64,000 nucleotides of DNA. It comes from Eledone cirrhosa (taxonomy: Eukaryota). Positions within the stretch are counted from its first letter, which is position 1. Each line of letters opens with the position of its first letter. Made by a program: the position numbers and the translations under genes. Of the stretch, positions 52,401-64,000 are shown one piece after another. The stretch covers positions 18,104,001-18,168,000 of the forward strand of contig OZ024763.1 in assembly GCA_964016885.1 (NCBI GenBank), written 5' to 3'. Below the pieces are notes generated by a model. It did no database searches. It was given only the letters and a program-made list of their open reading frames with translations, and was not told where the DNA came from.

Positions 52401-55400
52401 CAACACCCTTACCACTAGGCCACACACTGTCACACACCATACAACCCAGTCCAGGTATCAAACCTATGACATTATGACTGTAAGTCCAACGACTTTACCA
52501 CTAGGCCACACACTGTCACACACCATACAACCCAGTCCAGGTATCAAACCTATGACATTATGACTGTAAGTCCAACGACTTTACCACTAGTCCACACACT
52601 GTCACACACCATACAACCCAGTCCAGGTATCAAACCTATGACATTATGACTGTAAGTCCAACACCCTTACCACTCGGCCACACACTGTCACACACCATAC
52701 AACCCAGTCCAGGTATCAAACCTATGACATTATGACTGTAAGTCCAACGACTTTACCACTAGGCCACACACTGTCACACACCATACAACCCAGTCCAGGT
52801 ATCAAACCTATGACATTATGACTGTAAGTCCAACACCCTTACCACTAGGCCACACACTGTCACACACCATACAACCCAGTCCAGGTATCAAACCTATGAC
52901 ATTATGACTGTAAGTCCAACGACTTTACCACTAGGCCACACACTGTCACACACCATACAACCCAGTCCAGGTATCAAACCTATGACATTATGACTGTAAG
53001 TCCAACACCCTTACCCCTAGGCCACACACTGTCACACACCATACAACCCAGTTCAGGTATCAAACCTATGACATTATGACTGTAAGTCCAACACCCTTAC
53101 CACTAGGCCACACACTGTCACACACCATACAACCCAGTCCAGGTATCAAACCTATGACATTATGACTGTAAGTCCAACACCCTTACCACTAGGCCACACA
53201 CTGTCACACACCAAACAACCCAGTCCAGGTATCAAACCTATGACATTATGACTGTAAGTCCAACACCCTTACCACTAGGCCACACACTGTCACACACCAT
53301 ACAACCCAGTCCAGGTATCAAACCTATGACATTATGACTGTAAGTCCAACACCCTTACCCCTAGGCCACACACTGTCACACACCATACAACCCAGTCCAG
53401 GTATCAAACCTATGACATTATGACTGTAAGTCCAACACCCTTACCCCTAGGCCACACACTGTCACACACCATACAACCCAGTCCAGGTATCAAACCTATG
53501 ACATTATGACTGTAAGTCCAACACCCTTACCACTAGGCCACACACTGTCATACACCATACAACCCAGTCCAGGTATCAAACCTATGACATTATGACTGTA
53601 AGTCCAACGACTTTACCACTAGTCCACACACTGTCACACACCATACAACCAAGTCCAGGTATCAAACCTATGACATTATGACTGTAAGTCCAACACCCTT
53701 ACCACTAGGCCACACACTGTCACACACCATACAACCCAGTCCAGGTATCAAACCTATGACATTATGACTGTAAGTCCAACGACTTTACCACTAGGCCACA
53801 CACTGTCACACACCATACAACCCAGTCCAGGTATCAAACCTATGACATTATGACTGTAAGTCCAACACCCTTACCACTAGGCCACACACTGTCACACACC
53901 ATACAACCCAGTCCAGGTATCAAACCTATGACATTATGACTGTAAGTCCAACGACTTTACCACTAGGCCACACAATGTCACACACCATACAACCCAGTCC
54001 AGGTATCAAACGTATGACATTATGACTGTAAGTCCAACACCCTTACCCCTAGGCCACACACTGTCACACACCATACAACCCAGTCCAGGTATCAAACCTA
54101 TGACATTATGACTGTAAGTCCAACACCCTTACCACTAGGCCACACACTGTCACACACCATACAACCCAGTCCAGGTATCAAACCTATGACATTATGACTG
54201 TAAGTCCAACACCCTTACCACTAGGCCACACACTGTCACACACCATACAACCCAGTCCAGGTATCAAACCTATGACATTATGACTGTAAGTCCAACACCC
54301 TTACCACTAGGCCACACACTGTCACACACCATACAACCCAGTCCAGGTATCAAACCTATGACATTATGACTGTAAGTCCAACACCCTTACCACTAGGCCA
54401 CACACTGTCACACACCATACAACCCAGTCCAGGTATCAAACCTATGACATTATGACTGTAAGTCCAACGACTTTACCACTAGGCCACACACTGCCACACA
54501 CCATACAACCCAGTCCAGGTATCAAACCTATGACATTATGACTGTAAGTCCAACACCCTTACCACTAGGCCACACACTGTCACACACCATACAACCCAGT
54601 CCAGGTATCAAACCTATGACATTATGACTGTAAGTCCAACGACTTTACCACTAGGCCACACACTGTCACACACCATACAACCCAGTCCAGGTATCAAACG
54701 TATGACATTATGACTGTAAGTCCAACACCCTTACCCCTAGGCCACACACTGTCACACACCATACAACCCAGTCCAGGTATCAAACCTATGACATTATGAC
54801 TGTAAGTCCAACACCCTTACCACTAGGCCACACACTGTCACACACCATACAACCCAGTCCAGGTATCAAACCTATGACATTATGACTGTAAGTCCAACAC
54901 CCTTACCACTAGGCCACACACTGTCACACACCATACAACCCAGTCCAGGTATCAAACCTATGACATTATGACTGTAAGTCCAACACCCTTACCACTAGGC
55001 CACACACTGTCACACACCATACAACCCAGTCCAGGTATCAAACCTATGACATTATGACTGTAAGTCCAACACCCTTACCGCTAGGCCACACACTGTCACA
55101 CACCATACAACCCAGTCCAGGTATCAAACCTATGACATTATGACTGTAAGTCCAACACCCTTACCACTAGGCCACACACTGTCACACACCATACAACCCA
55201 GTCCAGGTATCAAACCTATGACATTATGACTGTAAGTCCAACGACTTTACCACTAGGCCACACACTGTCACACACCATACAACCCAGTCCAGGTATCAAA
55301 CCTATGACATTATGACTGTAAGTCCAACGACTTTACCACTAGTCCACACACTGTCACACACCATACAACCCAGTCCAGGTATCAAACCTATGACATTATG

Positions 55401-58400
55401 ACTGTAAGTCCAACACCCTTACCACTCGGCCACACACTGTCACACACCATACAACCCAGTCCAGGTATCAAACCTATGACATTATGACTGTAAGTCCAAC
55501 GACTTTACCACTAGGCCACACACTGTCACACACCATACAACCCAGTCCAGGTATCAAACCTATGACATTATGACTGTAAGTCCAACACCCTTACCACTAG
55601 GCCACACACTGTCACACACCATACAACCCAGTCCAGGTATCAAACCTATGACATTATGACTGTAAGTCCAACGACTTTACCACTAGGCCACACACTGTCA
55701 CACACCATACAACCCAGTCCAGGTATCAAACCTATGACATTATGACTGTAAGTCCAACACCCTTACCCCTAGGCCACACACTGTCACACACCATACAACC
55801 CAGTTCAGGTATCAAACCTATGACATTATGACTGTAAGTCCAACACCCTTACCACTAGGCCACACACTGTCACACACCATACAACCCAGTCCAGGTATCA
55901 AACCTATGACATTATGACTGTAAGTCCAACACCCTTACCACTAGGCCACACACTGTCACACACCAAACAACCCAGTCCAGGTATCAAACCTATGACATTA
56001 TGACTGTAAGTCCAACACCCTTACCACTAGGCCACACACTGTCACACACCATACAACCCAGTCCAGGTATCAAACCTATGACATTATGACTGTAAGTCCA
56101 ACACCCTTACCCCTAGGCCACACACTGTCACACACCATACAACCCAGTCCAGGTATCAAACCTATGACATTATGACTGTAAGTCCAACACCCTTACCCCT
56201 AGGCCACACACTGTCACACACCATACAACCCAGTCCAGGTATCAAACCTATGACATTATGACTGTAAGTCCAACACCCTTACCACTAGGCCACACACTGT
56301 CATACACCATACAACCCAGTCCAGGTATCAAACCTATGACATTATGACTGTAAGTCCAACGACTTTACCACTAGTCCACACACTGTCACACACCATACAA
56401 CCAAGTCCAGGTATCAAACCTATGACATTATGACTGTAAGTCCAACACCCTTACCACTAGGCCACACACTGTCACACACCATACAACCCAGTCCAGGTAT
56501 CAAACCTATGACATTATGACTGTAAGTCCAACGACTTTACCACTAGGCCACACACTGTCACACACCATACAACCCAGTCCAGGTATCAAACCTATGACAT
56601 TATGACTGTAAGTCCAACACCCTTACCACTAGGCCACACACTGTCACACACCATACAACCCAGTCCAGGTATCAAACCTATGACATTATGACTGTAAGTC
56701 CAACGACTTTACCACTAGGCCACACAATGTCACACACCATACAACCCAGTCCAGGTATCAAACGTATGACATTATGACTGTAAGTCCAACACCCTTACCC
56801 CTAGGCCACACACTGTCACACACCATACAACCCAGTCCAGGTATCAAACCTATGACATTATGACTGTAAGTCCAACACCCTTACCACTAGGCCACACACT
56901 GTCACACACCATACAACCCAGTCCAGGTATCAAACCTATGACATTATGACTGTAAGTCCAACACCCTTACCACTAGGCCACACACTGTCACACACCATAC
57001 AACCCAGTCCAGGTATCAAACCTATGACATTATGACTGTAAGTCCAACACCCTTACCACTAGGCCACACACTGTCACACACCATACAACCCAGTCCAGGT
57101 ATCAAACCTATGACATTATGACTGTAAGTCCAACACCCTTACCACTAGGCCACACACTGTCACACACCATACAACCCAGTCCAGGTATCAAACCTATGAC
57201 ATTATGACTGTAAGTCCAACACCCTTACCACTAGGCCACACACTGTCACACACCATACAACCCAGTCCAGGTATCAAACCTATGACATTATGACTGTAAG
57301 TCCAACACCCTTACCACTAGGCCACACACTGTCACACACCATACAACCCAGTCCAGGTATCAAACCTATGACATTATGACTGTAAGTCCAACACCCTTAC
57401 CACTAGGCCACACACTGTCACACACCATACAACCCAGTCCAGGTATCAAACCTATGACATTATGACTGTAAGTCCAACACCCTTACCACTAGGCCACACA
57501 CTGTCACACACCATACAACCCAGTCCAGGTATCAAACCTATGACATTATGACTGTAAGTCCAACACCCTTACCACTAGGCCACACACTGTCACACACCAT
57601 ACAACCCAGACCAGGTATCAAACCTATGACATTATGACTGTAAGTCCAACGACTTTACCACTAGGCCACACACTGTCACTCACCATACAACCCAGTCCAG
57701 GTATCAAACCTATGACATTATGGCTGTAAGTCCAACGACTTTACCACTAGGCCACACACTGTCACACACCATACAACCCAGTCCAGGTATCAAACCTATG
57801 ACATTATGACTGTAAGTCCAACACCCTTACCACTAGGCCACACACTGTCACACACCATACAACCCAGTCCAGGTATCAAACCTATGACATTATGACTGTA
57901 AGTCCAACGACTTTACCACTAGGCCACACACTGTCACACACCATACAACCCAGTCCAGGTATCAAACCTATGACATTATGGCTGTAAGTCCAACACCCTT
58001 ACCACTAGGCCACACACTGTCACACACCATACAACCCAGTCCAGGTATCAAACCTATGACATTATGACTGTAAGTCCAACACCCTTACCCCTAGGCCACA
58101 CACTGTCACACACCATACAACCCAGTCCAGGTATCAAACCTATGACATTATGACTGTAAGTCCAACACCCTTACCACTAGGCCACACACTGTCACACACC
58201 ATACAACCCAGTCCAGGTATCAAACCTATGACATTATGACTGTAAGTCCAACGACTTTACCACTAGGCCACACACTGTCACACACCATACAACCCAGTCC
58301 AGGTATCAAACCTATGACATTATGACTGTAAGTCCAACGACTTTACCACTAGGCCACACACTGTCACACACCATACAACCCAGTCCAGGTATCAAACCTA

Positions 58401-58872
58401 TGACATTATGACTGTAAGTCCAACGACTTTTCCACTAGGCCACACACTGTCACACACCATACAACCCAGTCCAGGTATCAAACCTATGACATTATGACTG
58501 TAAGTCCAACGACTTTACCACTAGGCCACACACTGTCACACACCATACAACCCAGTCCAGGTATCAAACCTATGACATTATGACTGTAAGTCCAACGACT
58601 TTACCACTAGGCCACACACTGTCACACACCATACAACCCAGTCCAGGTATCAAACCTATGACATTATGACTGTAAGTCCAACGACTTTACCACTAGGCCA
58701 CACACTGTCACACACCATACAACCCAGTCCAGGTATCAAATCTATGACATGATGACTGTAAGTCCAACGACTTTACCACTAGGCCACACACTGTCACACA
58801 CCATACAACCCAGTCCAGGTATCAAACCTATGACATTATGACCGTAAGTCCAACGACTTTACCACTAGGCCA
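46455..58872 (-). repeat. 86-bp satellite, about 144 copies, derived from a tRNA-SINE head
   Basis: Plus-strand unit GACTGTAAGTCCAACACCCTTACCACTAGGCCACACACTGTCACACACCATACAACCCAGTCCAGGTATCAAACCTATGACATTAT; minus strand carries TGGCCTAGTGG and GGTTTGATACC. Confidence 0.95.
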
Positions 58873-59010
58873 GTGTGGACTGGAGCAACATGAAATAAAG
58901 TGTCTTGCTCAAGAACACAACACAACACAACACACAACCCAATCCAGGAATCAAACCCACGACATTATGATTGTAAGTCCAACATCCTTACCACGAGGCC
59001 ATACACCTCC
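58873..59010 (-). mobile_element. tRNA/CORE-type SINE 5' half, probable progenitor of the 86-bp satellite
   Basis: Minus strand GGAGGTGTATGGCCTCGTGGTAAGGATGTTGGACTTACAATCATAATGTCGTGGGTTTGATTCCTGG...CTTGAGCAAGACACTTTATTTC. Confidence 0.85.
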
Positions 59011-59114
59011 ATCATAATCATTGCTGTCCCTCATTCTATGAAATCCTTTTTAATTTTTTTTTTTTTTTCCCCTCTAGGTTAGTCACACATCTTTTTTTTT
59101 TTTTTTTTTGAATC

Positions 59115-59280
59115 ATGACTTCCAAACATCCGTCAACCCCGATAACACAACAGCCAAGGAGTACATCCAAGTTATCTCTTTCCTCTAAACTTATGTCCAG
59201 TCATCAAATGGACCATGAGATCTGTGAAAAAGCTTGGACATCTGGTCTCTGTGACTGTCAAGATGATGAAAAACACAATT
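59115..59280 (+). CDS. PLAC8/cornifelin-family protein, first coding exon
   Basis: MTSKHPSTPITQQP...AWTSGLCDCQDDEKHN(C); acceptor (T)nCCCCTCTAG at 59077, in-frame TGA just upstream of the ATG, GTAAGT donor in phase 1. Confidence 0.88.
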
Positions 59281-59624
59281 GTAAGTATTTATGATAACAA
59301 CTAAAATGTTTGTGTTCAGGAAACAACAAACAGGTACAAAAAGTCTTGTTAGTTTCACGGTTTATATGGAAAAGGGAAAAGAAAGTTTGACATGTCGGGC
59401 TTTAGCCCTTCTTCAGGAGTACAAAATAGAGACAGGATGACAAAGTATAGTTACAGAAAATAAAGGGTTGTCAAAGTAAAGTAAAAAAAAAATAAATAAA
59501 TAAAAAGTAAAAAAATTCAAACCATTAGGTAGTCTTGGTAACAATATTGGAACGCAAAGTGAAGTGTGTGTGTGTATTAGTGTTGATATTGTGTAAGTGT
59601 ATACATTATATATATATTCAAGGT

Positions 59625-60040
59625 ACAGGTAGTGGGTTCTAAGCCCACTTCTGTTCATCATAGATCTCCAGGCCATAACAGAGGGGTTTAAGACTGACTG
59701 TCCATGGGAACCTCTCTTGGCAGATGGTTGAATTTGGTCCTTACAGCTGAATCCATAAAAGAACTAGAAAATAAGTTCCAACTCGGGAAACAGAATTTGG
59801 AATCAAAGGGTCAGAGATTAAACTTAGCCAAAACTAAAGTGCTAGTGTGTAGGAAAGAAGAAAGAACCCTGATCCCTTCAGAAAAGTGGCCCTGCTCTAT
59901 ATGTAGAAAGGGAGTAGGTATAAATTCCATACTGTATACACAATGTAAATCTTAAGGTACACAGGAGACGTAGTGGGATAACAGGTAGACTAACAGGAAG
60001 GGAAGACTTTGTATGTAGAAGATACACAGGGGTAACCGAG
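59625..60040 (+). mobile_element. Degenerate RTE LINE RT-region fragment (intronic)
   Basis: LVLTAESIKELENKFQL..NLESKG.RLNLAKTKVL...KWPCSICRKGVGINSI. Confidence 0.8.
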
Positions 60041-60293
60041 CAGTGACATGCAGAGCTCTGGTGATGCCCAGGGCAAATCTTGATTGTATGCCCCAAAGAT
60101 TCAAATATAGGGCCCCTAATATACTGAGAAATTTTGAATATATAAACACAGATAAAACATGAAATAAACACTTTATTCAATTTTAATATAAATCAATCAA
60201 ATTTATTAAATTCTTTTCCCCAAATGATGCCCCATCCAAATGATGCCCAGGGCCAATGAACCATTCCCCCCCCCCCCCCTATGCATGCTACTG
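60041..60293. mobile_element. hAT-like MITE inserted in the RTE fragment
   Basis: TIRs CAGTGACATGCA / TGCATGCTACTG; degenerate 8-bp flanks. Confidence 0.5.
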
Positions 60294-60454
60294 CAACCAA
60301 AGGGAAGAGTGTCAGTGATATAAACATTTTGAAATCCCCCCAGAAGGGTCCACGAACTGTACTGACTTAGGTTCTTTATGTCTCCAATTACACCATATGT
60401 CCCTATATATATATACACAGCATGTTTATTTATATACTATGTATCTCTATATAT

Positions 60455-60794
60455 ACATATTACATGTCTATAATTATGCTGTATGTTTATATATATATAT
60501 ATATACTACATGTCTATAATATATATACACACACATATATATATATACATATTACATGTCTATAATTATGCTGTATGTTTATATATATATATACTACATG
60601 TCTATAATATATATACACACACATATATATATATACATATTACATGTCTATAATTATGCTGTATGTTTATATATATATATATACTACATGTCTATAATAT
60701 ATATACACACACATATATATATATACATATTACATGTCTATAATTATGCTGTATGTTTATATATATATATATACTACATGTCTATAATATATAT

Positions 60795-60840
<46 letters not shown>

Positions 60841-60860
60841 TACATGTCTATAATTATGCT
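60455..60860. repeat. About 90-bp AT-rich tandem repeat, about 4 copies
   Basis: TACATGTCTATAATTATGCTGTATGTT units. Confidence 0.85.
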
Positions 60861-61232
60861 ACGTCCTGCGTCTCCCAGAGACCAGTGTCTGTCCTTAGGG
60901 CATCAATATATGTCAACCTCGGTCTCCCTCTTCCAGTGTGTCCATGTAGGGGTTCCCACGGGATCACTGAGTGCTGTGTCAACTCTGAATGTCGGTGAAC
61001 ATGTCCAGCTAACCTCAGTCACCCCGGTATTACTTTGGAGCTGTGTGTATCATCATCATCATCACCGTTTTTATGTCCGTTCTTCCACGCTAGCATGGGT
61101 TAGACGGGTTGTCCTGTTGTGGGCAGTGTCCGGTCAGCTGACCTTGTCTTGCTCATACGGGAACTGATTCTGGCTCGATTTCTACAGATGGATGCCCTTC
61201 CTAACACCAACCTCATTTACAGTGAGTGCTGG

Positions 61233-61370
<138 letters not shown>

Positions 61371-61402
61371 GTATATATATATACGTATATATATATATAT
61401 GT

Positions 61403-61723
61403 CACATGGCTTGGTGGTTAGAGCATTGGCCTTGTAATCGAAAGGTTGTGAGTTCAATTCTCAGACCGGTTGATGTGTTGTTTCCTTGAGCAAGACACTT
61501 TATTTCACATTGCTCCAGTTTACTCAGCTGTAGAAATGAGATGCTAGGGACTGAGGTCTCTATCATTCCACTGCAAAGTGGTCGTGGAGGTGCCACGGCA
61601 AACAAGCACCCAGCACTCACTGTAAATGAGGTTGGTGTTAGGAAGGGCATCCAGCTGTAGAAATCAAGCCAGAATCAGTTCCCGTCCCACCCTTGCAAGC
61701 AGGGAAAAAGTGGACGTAAAATG
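61403..61723 (+). mobile_element. SINE family A
   Basis: Near-identical to 15388-15721. Confidence 0.9.
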
Positions 61724-61923
61724 AAAAATGAAATGATGTCAACCTCGGTCTCCCTCTTCTAGTGTGTCCGTGTAGGGGTTCCCACAGGAGCACCGAGTTC
61801 AGTGTCAACTATAAATGTTGGTGAGCATGCCCAGCTAACCTCAGTCTCCTCTGTGTTACTTTCAAACTGGCTTTTGGGAGGCTCCCATACAGCTCTGAGT
61901 TCATCCTCAGTGTATACTGATTA

Positions 61924-61955
<32 letters not shown>

Positions 61956-61973
61956 GTATATATATGTATATAT

Positions 61974-62346
61974 CAGTAGCGAAGGGTAACCTGGAAAGCA
62001 GGGCATGCAGTCCATTCGCCATGGCGGAAAGTGGGGCTGTGCAGCCCCCCCAATTCCCTCTAAATGACCCTCCTGGTCAAAGCCGCATGTAGTGTTATCT
62101 AGTGTGTGCGTGTTATCTTTTTATATGTCTACGATTTAGTAAGCAGTCAAAATTCTGCTTGCCCCAAAGCTGTCGTATGTGTATGTGTGTGTGTGTATGT
62201 ATGTGTGTGTGTGTGTTATCTTTTTATGTGTCTATACGTTTTAGTAAGCAGTCAAAATTCTGCTTGCTTCAACAGACGCAATTGATCAACTCAAGATTCT
62301 ATAACGCATGCACTGCATGCGTTGCATGCATGGACCCTTCACCCCT

Positions 62347-62347
<1 letters not shown>
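61974..62347. mobile_element. hAT-like MITE
   Basis: Imperfect TIRs CAGTAGCGAAGGGT / ACCCTTCACCCCTG with 8-bp TSD GTATATAT. Confidence 0.55.
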
Positions 62348-62379
<32 letters not shown>

Positions 62380-62618
62380 GGGGTAACAAATAATAGTTAA
62401 ATGCAGTCCACCTAGGTAAAGTCCAGTTATGGTATTCCAGGTAGTGGATGATATTAAAGTTAGATACATTATATACCCCCCACCTAAGTAATGTCAGGGT
62501 CTCCTTAAATAATTTATTGATAGCATTGTTGTAATTGTTGTTATTGTTCTAATTGAATGCCATTACTACTTCATATAGTAGCCTGTATATTCTTTTCTTG
62601 CCTGTGTATTTTCTTCAT

Positions 62619-62739
62619 TCTCGCATGCTCCGAAGATCTGACTGGTTATAATTTTGTATTGGCGATCGAGTAACGCGAAAATAAGCGAATAGCGATCTCT
62701 AGACCTACCAGTTCAGAGAAACAATTGTCAGCTATGAGA
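62619..62739 (+). ncRNA. Hammerhead ribozyme motif with long stem II and a U4C core change
   Basis: GCT-CCGAAGA-TCTGACTGGT...ACCAGTTCAGA-GAAAC-AATT-GTC-AGC. Confidence 0.6.
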
Positions 62740-62785
62740 TTAAAAACCTTTTTTGTATAGCAAACCATGTCAACCTTCTTTCCTG

Positions 62786-62847
<62 letters not shown>

Positions 62848-62914
62848 TAAATGTTCGTACACATCATCAATGTCTCTACAATGTATGTCTCTCTCTCTTT
62901 CTCTGCCATTCCAG

Positions 62915-63051
62915 GTCTGTCCTCTCTGTGTTGTTGGCCATTCTTTAAATATACGTTGGCTATGCGTGTCGGTGAATCTCCATTTGTCCCTCTCATCCCC
63001 TGTGCTATGTTTGCTCTACGTGTAAAACTAAGGACGGTCCTGAGTATAAAG
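62915..63051 (+). CDS. PLAC8/cornifelin-family protein, second coding exon; gene continues beyond the window
   Basis: (C)LSSLCCWPFFKYTLAMRVGESPFVPLIPCAMFALRVKLRTVLSIK; pyrimidine-rich CCAG acceptor, AAG|GTAAGT donor, phase compatible with the previous exon (T|GT = Cys). Confidence 0.88.
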
Positions 63052-63344
63052 GTAAGTGATGGTGGTTGTGGCAGCAGTGGTGGTGGGGGTGGGGGTGGTT
63101 GGGGCAGTGGTGGGCGGTGGTGGTGGGGATGGTGGTGGGGATGGTTGTAGTGGTGGTGGGATGGTAGTGGTGGTGGTGATTGGGGCAGCAGTGGTGGTGG
63201 GGATGGTAGCGGTGGTGGTGGTGTTGGTAGCAGTGGTGGTGGTGTTGGTAGCTGTGGTTACAGTGGTGGTGGTGGTGGTAGTGGTGGGAAAATGATTTCA
63301 TATTCCTACTGCTGATGACATAAGGTTTCTCCCTACACACAACA

Positions 63345-63520
63345 GGAAGGGTATATGATGCCTGTGTGAGGTGCATGATGCTGCAAGGTAGAGAAACATG
63401 GACTGTGACTGTAGAGGACATGATTAGACTGGAAAGAAATGAAGCAACCATGTTTTGTTGGATGTGCAATGTAAATGTAAAAGAAAGGCAGAGCTTGGAT
63501 GAATTAAGGGAGAAGCTGAG
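63345..63520 (+). mobile_element. Degenerate RTE LINE fragment
   Basis: YDACVRCMMLQGRETWTVTVEDMIRLERNEATMFCWMC, homologous to 35147. Confidence 0.8.
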
Positions 63521-64000
63521 TTTAACCCTTTAGCATTCACATTACTCTATATATACTATTGTATTTTCATGGTAAATGCTTTACCTCACATAATATCTCA
63601 CATAACATTCACATTACTCTATATATACTATTATATTTTCAGGGTAAAGGCTTTACCTCACATAATATCTCACATAACATTCACATTACTCTATATATAC
63701 TATTGTATTTTCATAGTAAATGCTTTACCTCACATAATATCTCACATAACATTTACATTACTCTATATATACTATTGTATTTTCATGGTAAATGCTTTAC
63801 CTCACATAATATCTCGCATAACATTCACATTACTCTATATATACTATTGTATTTTCATGGTAAATGCTTTACCTCACATAATATCTCGCATAACATTCAC
63901 ATTACTCTATATATACTATTGTATTTTCATGGTAAAGGCTTTACCTCACATAATATCTCGCATAACATTCACATTACTCTATATATACTATTGTATTTTC
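63521..64000. repeat. 72-bp tandem repeat starting at a TTAACCCTTTAGCATT MITE-like terminus
   Basis: ATTACTCTAT recurs at 63541, 63613 and 63685; similar to the reverse complement of 17380-17449. Confidence 0.9.

Noticed and set aside
46455-58872. CRISPR array or true tRNA gene cluster
   Set aside because: No unique spacers or cas genes and the context is eukaryotic; units lack an acceptor stem and have a mutated B box, so they are SINE-head derivatives rather than tRNA genes
59385-59420. Minus-strand hammerhead (CTGAAGAAGGGCTAAAGCCCGACATGTC)
   Set aside because: GAAA core is incomplete and there is no stem I; probable dead remnant
62851-63150. 99-aa ORF as a complete gene
   Set aside because: Only 62915-63051 is exonic; the flanks are intron and GGT repeat

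Overview
Eukaryotic, AT-rich, microsatellite-saturated DNA. The repeat content (tRNA/CORE-type SINEs with RTE-like tails, RTE LINE and Penelope fragments, Tc1/mariner, hAT and piggyBac-like MITEs) resembles a cephalopod/octopus-type mollusc genome; that taxon call is my inference. The only host gene I can support is a + strand PLAC8/cornifelin-family gene with two spliced coding exons (59115-59280, 62915-63051) that continues beyond the window. Almost all ORFs in the track are simple-repeat artefacts. Three things stand out. (1) A 12.4-kb array of about 144 x 86-bp units whose minus strand is the tRNA-like head (A box, degenerate B box) of a SINE lying directly next to it, with 16/17-mer and 32-mer higher-order duplications. 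(2) About ten type-I hammerhead ribozyme motifs in short, (TA)n-embedded, often palindromic Penelope-like elements, including a palindrome with a ribozyme on each strand and three ribozymes with greatly extended stem II. (3) A recurring composite retroelement: RTE C-terminal fragment + 48-bp VNTR (2 to about 32 copies) + SINE/RTE 3' tail. All structures and coordinates were read by eye and are approximate at repeat edges.
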